Part shown: piece after piece, positions 55,165-64,000 of the stretch
How positions within the stretch are numbered: the stretch's first letter is position 1
Layout: each line of letters begins with the position of its first letter
Source of the DNA: Leptospiraceae bacterium
Lineage (GTDB): Bacteria; Spirochaetota; Leptospiria; Leptospirales; Leptonemataceae
NCBI GenBank assembly: GCA_040217195.1
Contig: JAVJNR010000004.1
Location: forward strand, 576,001 to 640,000
Direction: 5' to 3'
DNA: 64,000 nt
Notes under the pieces: model-generated
Databases searched by the model: none
The model's input: the letters and a program-made list of their open reading frames with translations, nothing else
What the model was told of the DNA's origin: nothing
Made by a program: the position numbers and the translations under genes

Positions 55165-57370
55165 GTTAGCTCTGGCCGGCATTGTGCTAACCATATATCT
55201 GAAATTACCGCAGCTAAGATACCCATTTTTGAGCCTGAAATTGATTCTGGGAACGCTGGATTGGTCCGGCTCCCGGGGAAAAATTACACCCGGTCGATCG
55301 TTTGCAACAAGCTCATTGAGCGCCATGGTACCCGGTGCATTTCTGGGAACTCTGCTCGCTGTGTTAATTGCAGGGCCAGGAATTTTATTCTGGATTTGGA
55401 TTGTATCTTTCTTCTTATCGCCTATCCATTTTGTTCTTTCTACGGCTGCACATCGAAGCCGAAAACGCACAGCTTCAGGATCCATGGTAGGTTCCAGCTC
55501 TGAGGCAGTCGCTCAAATCACACGGGCCCGATGGCTATCCATTCTTGCGGCAACCTTCTTTATTCCAGCCGCATTGATTGGCGGGGCAGCCCTGCCTGTT
55601 GCTTTTCTATCAGGAGGCCTGTCTGGAACCTTTGGCCTCAGCGGAAGCGATACCAGCTTGCTGCCGGGCCCTACAGCAGTGGCCATAGCGCTGGCATTGG
55701 GACTGGTGGCATTGTCTGCAGGTGGAATCAAGCGAATCGGCTTTTTTGCCAAGTTCGCCTTCTACGGAGGTCTTGCGCTCATCCTGCTGTCTCTTATTCT
55801 GGGCCCTTTTCCGGATGTATCAGGAATTCTGGACGATGTAGTGGCTGCTTTCCAGGATTCATTCTCCATGCAGGCCCTGCCCTCTATGTTACTGGCCATG
55901 ACCGTCTATTTTGCATTCACAGAGGTTGGTTCCGGAAAGGCAGCTTCCATTTCTGCAGCGATTCGCACCGATTACCCGGCCAAGGCCGGTCTTTCCATGC
56001 AGCTAACCTTGCTTCTGGAATCCGGCATATCTGCAGTGGTACTACTTCTTCTGGGTAGCATCTCCGGGGCCGGCCAGCTCTATGAGTGGTATCTTACTTC
56101 TGGAGGACCATCCCGATCCCTGGTACAAATCTTCGATCCTTCCCTGTATGACCTATTCCGAGCTTTCTTTTTCAGGGCACCGGATTCCAACGTTTCTGGA
56201 ATCCTAATGTTTGGAGCCTGCCTACTATTGATTGTTCCAGGTATGACCGGATGGTGGTATTCTCTATATAATAATGCTTATTCCATGGGTGGCCGGGCCG
56301 CTTCGGTGGCGGCCAGTTTGCTCTTTTTTGCAGTCATAGTAGGTACAGGCCTGGCCCTTCAATTCCTGGGCAACGAAGTATTCACAGGATTGCTGCTATT
56401 GACTGTGGTTGTGATGATGGTAGCCAGCCTTTCAGGTACGATTGCATCTTTGCTTTTGATGCGTTCCAGTCGAAACGAGCTGGGATTTTTTCTGGAGTCC
56501 AGAGAAGCGAAAGCTGCCATTGCCGGAGATTTCTTTCTGATTCTAATTTCCGTACTACCTCAGAACCTGATCAGCAAGATGTTCGGATGGTTCAGCCTCA
56601 TACCTTTTCCGGGCCCCATTCGACGTCCACTGATTAGAACCTTCGCACGAATCTACAAGATCAATCTGGAGGAAGCAGAAAAGCCGCCGGAAGAGTACCC
56701 TTCTTTGAATGCATTCTTCATTCGCCGTCTGAAAGAAGGCCTGCGCCCCATAGACTCGGATCCACGAAGTATTGTAAGCCCGGTGGATGCGCGGGCTTCT
56801 CGTTTCGGTAATATCACGGAAGGATTGCTCATCCAGACCAAAGGTATTGTTTACACTCTTAAGGACTTACTGGGAAGTCAGGAGATGGCCGAGCCATACC
56901 TGGATGGAAAGTATGTCGTGCTTTATTTGAGCCCACAGGACTACCATCGAATGCATACTCCCATTGAATGCAAGGTGGAAGGTTTCAACTACGCCCCTGG
57001 TAAATTGTTTCCCGTGAACGATATTGCTGTAGAAGGATTGCACGGACTGTTTCCCAAGAATGAAAGGCTTACCTCATTTCTGCTTTCTCCCAGAGGGCGA
57101 ATCGCAATGATCAAGGTAGGGGCCACAAATGTAGGCAAGATTCGAGTTACCTACGATTCCATTCGCACCAACAAATTCTTTCGCAGGAAGAGAGATATTA
57201 AATATACTCCTCCTGTAGAGATGGCTAAAGGGGCAGAGATTGGTCGATTTGAGATGGGATCCACCGTCATTCTTTTATTCGAAAAGGATACAATGGAATT
57301 CGCCGAGCATATGTATGAGGGAATCAGGGTTCAGCTGGGTCAGCCTATTGCTTACTTCCTGCGTAAGTAG
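55106..57370 (+). CDS. psd: Fusion of a Na+/alanine-glycine symporter (AGCS)-like membrane domain and phosphatidylserine decarboxylase proenzyme
   Basis: N-part GPGILFWIW and GGIKRIG; C-part YPSLNAFFIRRLK, SPVD, YLSPQDYHRMHTP, NER, VGATNVG and FEMGSTVILLF. Confidence 0.9.
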   Translation: MVLEVLSVLADNLSLVLAGMLALAGIVLTIYLKLPQLRYPFLSLKLILGTLDWSGSRGKITPGRSFATSSLSAMVPGAFLGTLLAVLIAGPGILFWIWIVSFFLSPIHFVLSTAAHRSRKRTASGSMVGSSSEAVAQITRARWLSILAATFFIPAALIGGAALPVAFLSGGLSGTFGLSGSDTSLLPGPTAVAIALALGLVALSAGGIKRIGFFAKFAFYGGLALILLSLILGPFPDVSGILDDVVAAFQDSFSMQALPSMLLAMTVYFAFTEVGSGKAASISAAIRTDYPAKAGLSMQLTLLLESGISAVVLLLLGSISGAGQLYEWYLTSGGPSRSLVQIFDPSLYDLFRAFFFRAPDSNVSGILMFGACLLLIVPGMTGWWYSLYNNAYSMGGRAASVAASLLFFAVIVGTGLALQFLGNEVFTGLLLLTVVVMMVASLSGTIASLLLMRSSRNELGFFLESREAKAAIAGDFFLILISVLPQNLISKMFGWFSLIPFPGPIRRPLIRTFARIYKINLEEAEKPPEEYPSLNAFFIRRLKEGLRPIDSDPRSIVSPVDARASRFGNITEGLLIQTKGIVYTLKDLLGSQEMAEPYLDGKYVVLYLSPQDYHRMHTPIECKVEGFNYAPGKLFPVNDIAVEGLHGLFPKNERLTSFLLSPRGRIAMIKVGATNVGKIRVTYDSIRTNKFFRRKRDIKYTPPVEMAKGAEIGRFEMGSTVILLFEKDTMEFAEHMYEGIRVQLGQPIAYFLRK

Positions 57371-57575
57371 TTCGAACCGATTTAGCGATTTATATTTCTG
57401 GGCCGGGCTTCCGGGCTTCCGGACTATCGATCAAATAATAAACCGTTGAAACCAGTGTCCGAGAATTAATCCGGATAACCTGAATTTCAACGCCATCCAG
57501 ATGCAGGCCTGAAAGTTCGGCGATGGGAGTTTCTTCAGTAACTCAATCGGTAACTCAATTCGACGTAGTTCGCCA

Positions 57576-58253
57576 TTATTTCTCGGAGCTATTCGAATCC
57601 TGGTCCGAGCCTTTGGAGTCCTCCGAGTTTTCCTTCTGCGCATCGGTCCTGGAGTTCTTTTTATCTTCTCGCTCTATTCTTCTGCGCTTCTCATGGACTT
57701 GCGTCAGATGGTCGGTGATTTCCCGGAATCCTCTATAAAGACCAATGGAATAATGCCTCTTTTTGAGCTCAGGCAATATGGCTCGCCCCAGGACATCGGC
57801 GGAGACAGATTCAGGCAAATCTTCTTTCATTCCGCCGGAGGTCTGTATTCGAACCCTTTTTTCCTGTACCGCAAGCAGAATGAGCACCACTCTTGTTGGA
57901 GACGCTTCGGTGCCGGCCAGATCCCACTGGGCCAGGACCCTTTTTGCGAAATCTTCAGCATCGTTGCTCTTCAGAGAATCGATTGTTAAAAGAAGGACTC
58001 GATCTCCATATTCTTTCTCATGCTGAAAGGATATGTGCTCTAGAATTAGTTCCGAATCATGACTCAGTCTTCCGGCATAGTCATTGACTCGGCCCTTGTA
58101 CTCCGGAACCTCCCGGGAGCGAACATCCTCCTGTGCACTCAGTTCCAGTCCAGATAGCAACACCAGAAGAACCGATGCAACCATCCAGCGGCTCCAGCCC
58201 GGATTTCCCGGGTTCTGCTTCCTAAACAGCCCATTAACTTTCAATCCTGATGG
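57576..58253 (-). CDS. TPM-domain (YgcG-like) protein; start uncertain
   Basis: GRVNDYAGRLS, LLTIDSL, EDFAKRVLAQW and LILLAVQEKRVRIQTSGG motifs. Confidence 0.8.
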   Translation of the reverse strand, partial: PSGLKVNGLFRKQNPGNPGWSRWMVASVLLVLLSGLELSAQEDVRSREVPEYKGRVNDYAGRLSHDSELILEHISFQHEKEYGDRVLLLTIDSLKSNDAEDFAKRVLAQWDLAGTEASPTRVVLILLAVQEKRVRIQTSGGMKEDLPESVSADVLGRAILPELKKRHYSIGLYRGFREITDHLTQVHEKRRRIEREDKKNSRTDAQKENSEDSKGSDQDSNSSEK

Positions 58254-58463
58254 CATCCCCGTCCCTCGATCTACATTTTCGGAGAAGCAGGATCGATATT
58301 GTTGCATATAAGAGAGGAAAATTCGGCTCGCCAGCCGGCTTCCGGGCAAGCTATTCCAGAGGTTTACTAACACAACAGAAGCCTGACATCGGCAATCTCC
58401 GGGGCAACCCTTTTCGTGCTGCCTGCATTAAGGCCGCTCAGAGCCTGAAATATAGAGGTACAT

Positions 58464-58493
58464 AAAAAAAGAGCGCTTTTCAGCGCTCCTTTT
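58464..58493 (-). terminator. Intrinsic (possibly bidirectional) terminator downstream of the 5S rRNA gene
   Basis: GAGCGCT-tttc-AGCGCTC flanked by A7 on the left and CTTTT on the right. Confidence 0.8.
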
Positions 58494-58516
58494 CGGTTAA
58501 CAATGTAATAGTGCTG

Positions 58517-58633
<117 letters not shown>

Positions 58634-58747
58634 AGGACAGAGTGCTCGGCCGGCCGGACCGGTCAATCAAAAATAGAAAAAAAGTTACCGTCAGTCGGAG
58701 AATTTTTCCGGGCTTTACGGATGCTGCCTTGCTTGCAGGATTGGGCC

Positions 58748-59680
58748 GTGAACGCAACCCAGGACCGGACCACAAAACGCAAACTACTAATTTTCGCCGG
58801 CATCCTGCTGGCACTCATCGGTGGAGCTCAGCTATTCATTCATCTCTTTCCGGGTATCATACTCAGCGCCATGACTCGCTATTATGCCTTTCAGGCAAAC
58901 GTTGAGCAACGCTTCGTGGACATAGAAGGATACAGGATTCCGTATTATCGCGGAGGAGAAGGTCCTACTCTTGTGCTGGTCCATGGTTTTGGAGACAGCA
59001 AGATCAGCTTTTTACAAACGGCCTCTTTTCTCACCGATAGTTATGATGTAATTCTGCTGGATTTACCTGGATTTGGTGACACAGAACAAATCGCAGATCG
59101 CAACTATTCAATTCGCAGGCAGGCAGAGACTCTAAATAAGTTTCTGGAAACAATTCAAACAGGCCCTGTATATCTGGCTGGCAATAGTATGGGAGGACAT
59201 ATTGGCGCTGCATTAACTCTAATGCATCCAGATCAGGTCCGAAAGTTAGTTCTACTGAACGCCGCGGGCTTGCGAGTGGACGATCCAGTTCCCTACAAAC
59301 CAGCCGAGGCGCCGCTTCGCACGGTAGATGATTTTGATAAATCCATAGGAGAGATGTTCAAGCGAAAGCCATACATTCCCACAGCATTCAAGATTCATTT
59401 TGTTGCCAACTCTCAGAAGAATTTCTTATGGCTAAATCGAATTCGTCAGGATATTCGAGAAGGAAAAGACTATATACTGAATGATCGAGCGGCCAGTATT
59501 CTAACCCAGACTCTGATCATCTGGGGAGATTCCGATACCGTTGTCAGTCCGGCCCATGCCCAGGTTTGGTCCCGGCTGTTGCCCAACTCCACATTAATCA
59601 TTCTGGACCAGACTGGGCATGCTCCTCAATATGAACGACCGGAAGACACGGCCCTAATTCTAAAGAGCTTTCTCCTCTAG
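58748..59680 (+). CDS. Alpha/beta-fold hydrolase (lipase/esterase-like)
   Basis: LVHGFG, DLPGFG, GNSMGG, WGDSD and GHAPQYE motifs; AGGA RBS before GTG at 58748; the track ORF from 58511 runs antisense through the 5S gene. Confidence 0.9.
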   Translation: MNATQDRTTKRKLLIFAGILLALIGGAQLFIHLFPGIILSAMTRYYAFQANVEQRFVDIEGYRIPYYRGGEGPTLVLVHGFGDSKISFLQTASFLTDSYDVILLDLPGFGDTEQIADRNYSIRRQAETLNKFLETIQTGPVYLAGNSMGGHIGAALTLMHPDQVRKLVLLNAAGLRVDDPVPYKPAEAPLRTVDDFDKSIGEMFKRKPYIPTAFKIHFVANSQKNFLWLNRIRQDIREGKDYILNDRAASILTQTLIIWGDSDTVVSPAHAQVWSRLLPNSTLIILDQTGHAPQYERPEDTALILKSFLL

Positions 59681-59732
59681 CGAATTCCCGGTCCGGGCTA
59701 CTGCAGACTCATTTCTAAATATTGCTACTGGC

Positions 59733-62186
59733 TCAGGATAAAACCCTGTATTCACCGCCTTTCATCCTCCTTCGCACAGATTTATCCTCCGGATTAATCT
59801 GTAATAGCAGCAACCATTCATTTTCCACCAGATCATGTACGACCTGGTGTTTGCGAATGATGGACTCTATGGCTTCTTCCGGAGCTTCGATAAATACACT
59901 GAGACGAAGGGGCTCGTGTACCAGACGCTCTCCATCGTGCACAGACTGAATGGGAAGACCTACACGCAGATCGCCACCGTTGCCTTCCTGAACACCGGTT
60001 TCACATACCAGGTTGTGAAGGATTTTGGAACCGGAACCGTAGACGCCGGGAGCCACCGACGATGCATAGTATTGCATATTAATCCAGTTAGTAACCACCA
60101 TGGGAGCGGTCATAATCAGTTCCAGGCTTTCAAATCCTTCATCGCAGGAGCAATCGTAATTGTGCAGGAAGGAACGACCATGTAGATTCATCCCTCGAGT
60201 TCTCTCTCTTGGAGCCACAATGAAGGATGCATTTCCGGTAAGCCCCCATTCCGGACGAATTTCGGCCCAGTTTCTGGGACGACGATTGAAATGAGGATCC
60301 AGGACAGGCGATCGGGCTACACTTCGTTCTTTCCTGGCTTTCTTCGAGGCCCGGTCCATAGTTTTCTGTAGCTCTTCTACTTCCGTTCTTTTACCATCCG
60401 GAATACGATGCATATCCAGGATGTAAATGTTGTCGGTTACGGTTTCATGGATAGCCGGTACAAACAGGGTAGAAGCAGGTATGTCTACTCCCTGGTTCTT
60501 CAGCTCTCTTCTGATATCTTCATCGTTCAATAACGATGCAAGTAATCTGGCATTTATATCTCCTGCATGTCCACCGCAGGCGCCGCAATCCAGAGAAGAA
60601 CCGAATGCATTGTTCGTAGTATCCGCCCCGTGTCCTACCAGAAAAACAATATCTCCCATGCCATTTAAGAGACCCATATGCCTCAAGGGACCTCTGGCAA
60701 GGGAGGCTTTCGCAGAGATGTCCATGGGTTTCCCATCGGCACCAATTAAATTTTTGTGATCCGGTATGGTTCTGCCATCATCGAACCTCTGGGGCAAATT
60801 GTTACCCCGGAATCTTCGCATAAGCGAATGAAAAGTCTGACGAACTACCTTCTCAACGGATAGAAGGCCAAACAACTCTACGAACAGAAATGAAGAAAGG
60901 GGAGCTTTTCGAAGATTGCGAAAGTAACTCAAGATCATTACAGTGTTCAAGGATTTCCGTCCCACCCGAGCATTTTTTCTGGGCTCTTCGGTTACAGTGA
61001 ATCCTGGCTTGAGCAGTACAGGTAATCGGCTAGCTGCATTCTTTTCGCTAATCTGCTTATAGGCAAATGGCAGCCCGAAGAATCCGGCAAATCCAATGGT
61101 GGAAATCTGTGGGTCTTCTGCCTCCAGGCGTCTGCGGATTACTTCAGAACGAACATCTATACAAAAGACCATCTGATAGCGCGAAGGCTGCCCGGGACTG
61201 TCATTGTCCACAAAGCCGGAGGCAATTCGCTTCTGGAAGGATCGCTCCTGGGCACATTGCCAGACATAGTGCAGCCTGTAGCCAGGAACCATTCGATCCG
61301 GTTGGCTTCCCAGTTCATTATATGTAGTCTGCCAGAAAGATAAAGCCGGCGCGAAATCTGTATCCTGGGAAAATCGAAACAACCCGTAGTCATAGAGTAA
61401 TCGCACAGCCAGTAAATCCAGGACGCTAGTCTTCCTGGAGACTTCATATCCCAGGGAAGTCTGCCATTCCAGATACTTGAACTGAGAGGCCCAGCCAAGC
61501 ACAGATGCAAGCAGTCGCTGCAGGTAGAGCTTCTGCGCATCTGCAGAAACCAGACCCATTTCGCTCAGTGCTTTTTCAATTGCCTGCTGCAAAGGCAGAT
61601 CCTTTAACTCGCTTACATACTGGCGAAATCCCAGAGCACCATACGCTTCCATGGATCGATCATAGATAATGGCTTCACCGAATGCATCCCAGAAGCTACC
61701 ATCCTGCCCCGGAAAGGGGGCCAGAGCCTGCTGATCGTCCAGATAGGCGGCCACCATTTTGCCCAGGTCCTGCTGCACACATCGATGCCAGTATTGATTG
61801 GCCTGGATTTGTTCGGCCACCGATGGATAGCGGCGAATCATTGCATCTGCACCCCGGGAAAGTTGAATCAGATCATCCACATTTCGTGGCATTTCTTCCC
61901 AGTCTGACCGAAAATCGTCCAGAACGGATTCCAGGGAGGAGTCCGTAATATTGCCTCGTGCAAACTCTTCCAGGTAGTATTGCAGAGGCATAAGAAGCGA
62001 AGCATGCAGGATGGGCGAAAGCTCTGTAAGCACCTGGTAAAAGGAACGATCCCTTAAAAACCAGAAAGGATTCACAGCTGCAACACTCTGAAGCGGCCAG
62101 GATGGGGTGACCAGTGTCAGAGTTGTCTCCGGTGAAATGGCCAGGGAGGATTGGCTGTTTTGTTCATTCATCGGTTGATCTTTCAT
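59733..62186 (-). CDS. dabA: DabA (DUF2309/UPF0753) inorganic-carbon transporter catalytic subunit
   Basis: WPL...AVNPF, FCIDVRSE, GFAGFFG, GHG, LDCGACGG, LIMTAPMVVTNWINMQYY, GGDLRVGLP and HEPLRL motifs. Confidence 0.93.
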   Translation of the reverse strand: MKDQPMNEQNSQSSLAISPETTLTLVTPSWPLQSVAAVNPFWFLRDRSFYQVLTELSPILHASLLMPLQYYLEEFARGNITDSSLESVLDDFRSDWEEMPRNVDDLIQLSRGADAMIRRYPSVAEQIQANQYWHRCVQQDLGKMVAAYLDDQQALAPFPGQDGSFWDAFGEAIIYDRSMEAYGALGFRQYVSELKDLPLQQAIEKALSEMGLVSADAQKLYLQRLLASVLGWASQFKYLEWQTSLGYEVSRKTSVLDLLAVRLLYDYGLFRFSQDTDFAPALSFWQTTYNELGSQPDRMVPGYRLHYVWQCAQERSFQKRIASGFVDNDSPGQPSRYQMVFCIDVRSEVIRRRLEAEDPQISTIGFAGFFGLPFAYKQISEKNAASRLPVLLKPGFTVTEEPRKNARVGRKSLNTVMILSYFRNLRKAPLSSFLFVELFGLLSVEKVVRQTFHSLMRRFRGNNLPQRFDDGRTIPDHKNLIGADGKPMDISAKASLARGPLRHMGLLNGMGDIVFLVGHGADTTNNAFGSSLDCGACGGHAGDINARLLASLLNDEDIRRELKNQGVDIPASTLFVPAIHETVTDNIYILDMHRIPDGKRTEVEELQKTMDRASKKARKERSVARSPVLDPHFNRRPRNWAEIRPEWGLTGNASFIVAPRERTRGMNLHGRSFLHNYDCSCDEGFESLELIMTAPMVVTNWINMQYYASSVAPGVYGSGSKILHNLVCETGVQEGNGGDLRVGLPIQSVHDGERLVHEPLRLSVFIEAPEEAIESIIRKHQVVHDLVENEWLLLLQINPEDKSVRRRMKGGEYRVLS

Positions 62187-62187
62187 C

Positions 62188-63687
62188 TTAAGCCCCTCCT
62201 CTGGAAGTTAGCGGAGTATTCTTTTCCATCCAGCGATCAGATAGAGCAGAAAAGTAGCCTCCATTGAGCAGAAATACATACAGGCGGCGAGTCATTCGGT
62301 CGCCCCTTTGCAGAGATCTGGTAAGCAGAAGGCCAATAAAGAATAACCCAACAGCTATCAAGCTTGCGAATAAATAGGAACTATTGGGAACAGGAGAGCC
62401 TGTGTCAGGAGCCAGACCTTCCAGATACAGACCAAGGGAATATTCCACAATACCGTACAGACCAATTGCAAGAGTCATCAATGTCAGGACGCCGGCCCAG
62501 ACGCGAATTCGTGAATAATCCACCATACTATGCCCGGCATTCTGGATAAGTCCCAGCCATAGCACGGTTCCGTAAATAAAGAGCGCAAAATGATTTCCGC
62601 CCCTGAACTCCAGGGCGATATAGATAAGCAAACCAGTGCCGGCCAGAGCCAGCAGAAGTCCAGGCCAGGAAATGGGCCTTAATTTGAAACCAGATTTTCG
62701 CGCCTCCTCCACAAGAGCACCGGTGGAAAGAAATGCATGGGCTTTGTAGAAACTGTGCGCGAAAATATGGAATAATGCGATGCTGTAGGCACCGAGACCG
62801 CAGGCAAATAGCATCATTCCCATTTGACTGATGGTGGAGTATCCCAGCTTTTTTTTGATGTTGCTCTGAGTAATCATAGATAGCGCTCCATACACCGAGG
62901 TAAGCGCACCTGCAAAAATCAGTAGCGAAGGACCATACTGGACTTCCAGCAAAGGACTCATTCGAATCATAAGAAACCCGCCAGCATTGATAATGCCTGC
63001 ATGCATTAAAGCCGACACAGGAGCAGGCGTTGCCATAGTATCCGGTAGCCAGAAATGAAAAGGAAACTGAGCTGACTTAATCATCGCTCCAATCACAAAT
63101 AGAAGTACTATGGCTTCCATCCTGAGCGAAGATTGACGATAGGCTGGCCAGCTCTCATAGAGAGCAAAGATTCGTTCGAATTCCAGTGTATTGAATGTGT
63201 CAAAAACCAGCAGAATTCCAGCAATAAGAGCCAGGTCTCCGAATCGACTTACTACAGCCTTTTTCCTGGCAGCATTCAGAGCTTCCGGCCTGTCATTGAA
63301 ATACACAAGCAGTCTGTGCAACCCGTAACTGGTAAGGAGCCAGGCAGCAAACAGCATCAACAGATTACTCGAAAGTACAAATAATGATACAGCGAAAACA
63401 GTTAGAAGAAGGTACTGGTAATAGTACCATTGACGCTCTTCGCCATCCAGATGCCTGATTGCAAATCGTCCAATGGCTGCCGCAAGTACGGAAATCATGA
63501 AAAATAGAATCGTAGAAAGCGCATCAAAGCGCAGAGATAGAGCTACCTGAAAGCGCAGAATCGTAAATCGAATTACCTGAAGCGTATCCGGGCCCTGAAT
63601 TAGAACCCATAAGCAAGACAATAGGGCTATGAGTGCAAGAAACCAGAGCAGACCATGGACGACTCGAATGCTAATGTACCTTCGCAT
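62188..63687 (-). CDS. dabB: DabB (NuoL/ND5-like) membrane subunit of the DAB transporter
   Basis: KSAQFPFHFWLPDTMATPAPVSALMHAGIINAGG, YSTISQMG and HSFYKAHAFL motifs; AGGAG RBS; 1 nt from dabA. Confidence 0.92.
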   Translation of the reverse strand: MRRYISIRVVHGLLWFLALIALLSCLWVLIQGPDTLQVIRFTILRFQVALSLRFDALSTILFFMISVLAAAIGRFAIRHLDGEERQWYYYQYLLLTVFAVSLFVLSSNLLMLFAAWLLTSYGLHRLLVYFNDRPEALNAARKKAVVSRFGDLALIAGILLVFDTFNTLEFERIFALYESWPAYRQSSLRMEAIVLLFVIGAMIKSAQFPFHFWLPDTMATPAPVSALMHAGIINAGGFLMIRMSPLLEVQYGPSLLIFAGALTSVYGALSMITQSNIKKKLGYSTISQMGMMLFACGLGAYSIALFHIFAHSFYKAHAFLSTGALVEEARKSGFKLRPISWPGLLLALAGTGLLIYIALEFRGGNHFALFIYGTVLWLGLIQNAGHSMVDYSRIRVWAGVLTLMTLAIGLYGIVEYSLGLYLEGLAPDTGSPVPNSSYLFASLIAVGLFFIGLLLTRSLQRGDRMTRRLYVFLLNGGYFSALSDRWMEKNTPLTSRGGA

Positions 63688-64000
63688 AGAGAAATAGCAA
63701 CTCCTGTTGGATTCAGCTCACAGAAAGAAATCATGCGAACGTTTTTTCGGCAATAGAATTCTTGCGCAAGCCAGTTCAGGGCCAAGGTCTCCAGTGCGGC
63801 AGAGCAATAAAGTAGAATCTTGAGAAAACCTGAGACAGAAATCCGTCGCTGCAATACCAGTGGCTGTCCGAACGATTCTAATAGCTCATCGAACAGCCGA
63901 AGTTAGTGACAGAGCATCAATCAAGGTATTAGTGGATGCTCCGGCATATCCTGATCAAAGCTGCAGTAAAATGTTGCAATGGCTTCCTTGCGAAGGGTCC

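Noticed and set aside
57403..57559. Short direct repeats (CCGGGCTT x2, GTAACTCAAT x2) between convergent genes
   Set aside because: Two copies only; compatible with chance or minor slippage
62188..63687. Respiratory complex I subunit NuoL
   Set aside because: No other nuo genes; adjacency to DUF2309 identifies it as DabB
63921..64000. Possible 3' end of a minus-strand gene (TLRKEAIATFYCSFDQDMPEHPLIP-stop)
   Set aside because: Only 25 codons visible at the window edge; cannot be supported

Overview
This is a gene-dense bacterial chromosomal window of roughly 50% GC (estimated by eye), most likely from a Leptospiraceae spirochete. The supporting signs are a stand-alone 5S rRNA gene with no 16S/23S beside it, Leptospira-type HAMP-PP2C(SpoIIE)-TPR proteins, a YY..C small lipoprotein, an LA_0442-type N-terminal-domain protein and an SH3b lipoprotein. 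Recognisable content: riboflavin synthase, a CDF metal exporter, csoR-copA, PCu(A)C and SCO copper chaperones, a GHMP kinase, two tandem TonB-dependent receptors, two PP2C phosphatases, three tandem Asp-box lipoproteins, a 7TM adenylate cyclase, three thiolase-fold proteins, two tandem papain-family (C1) peptidases with FN3 repeats, 5S rRNA and a dabB-dabA inorganic-carbon transporter. No CRISPR array, tRNA, transposase or prophage gene was recognised. The four most unusual observations are: (1) a locus with two Cys-less thiolase-fold proteins and DUF35 OB-folds, where one OB-fold is fused to an apparently inactive acyl-CoA-ligase domain; (2) a degenerate Na+/alanine-glycine symporter domain fused to phosphatidylserine decarboxylase; (3) paired TonB-dependent receptors sharing a non-STN N-terminal extension, downstream of a HAMP-PP2C with an EF-hand-like periplasmic loop; (4) a PP2C-TPR gene overlapping an orphan substrate-binding-protein-TPR gene, heading a run of surface proteins. 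All family assignments are motif recognition by eye; no searches were run.
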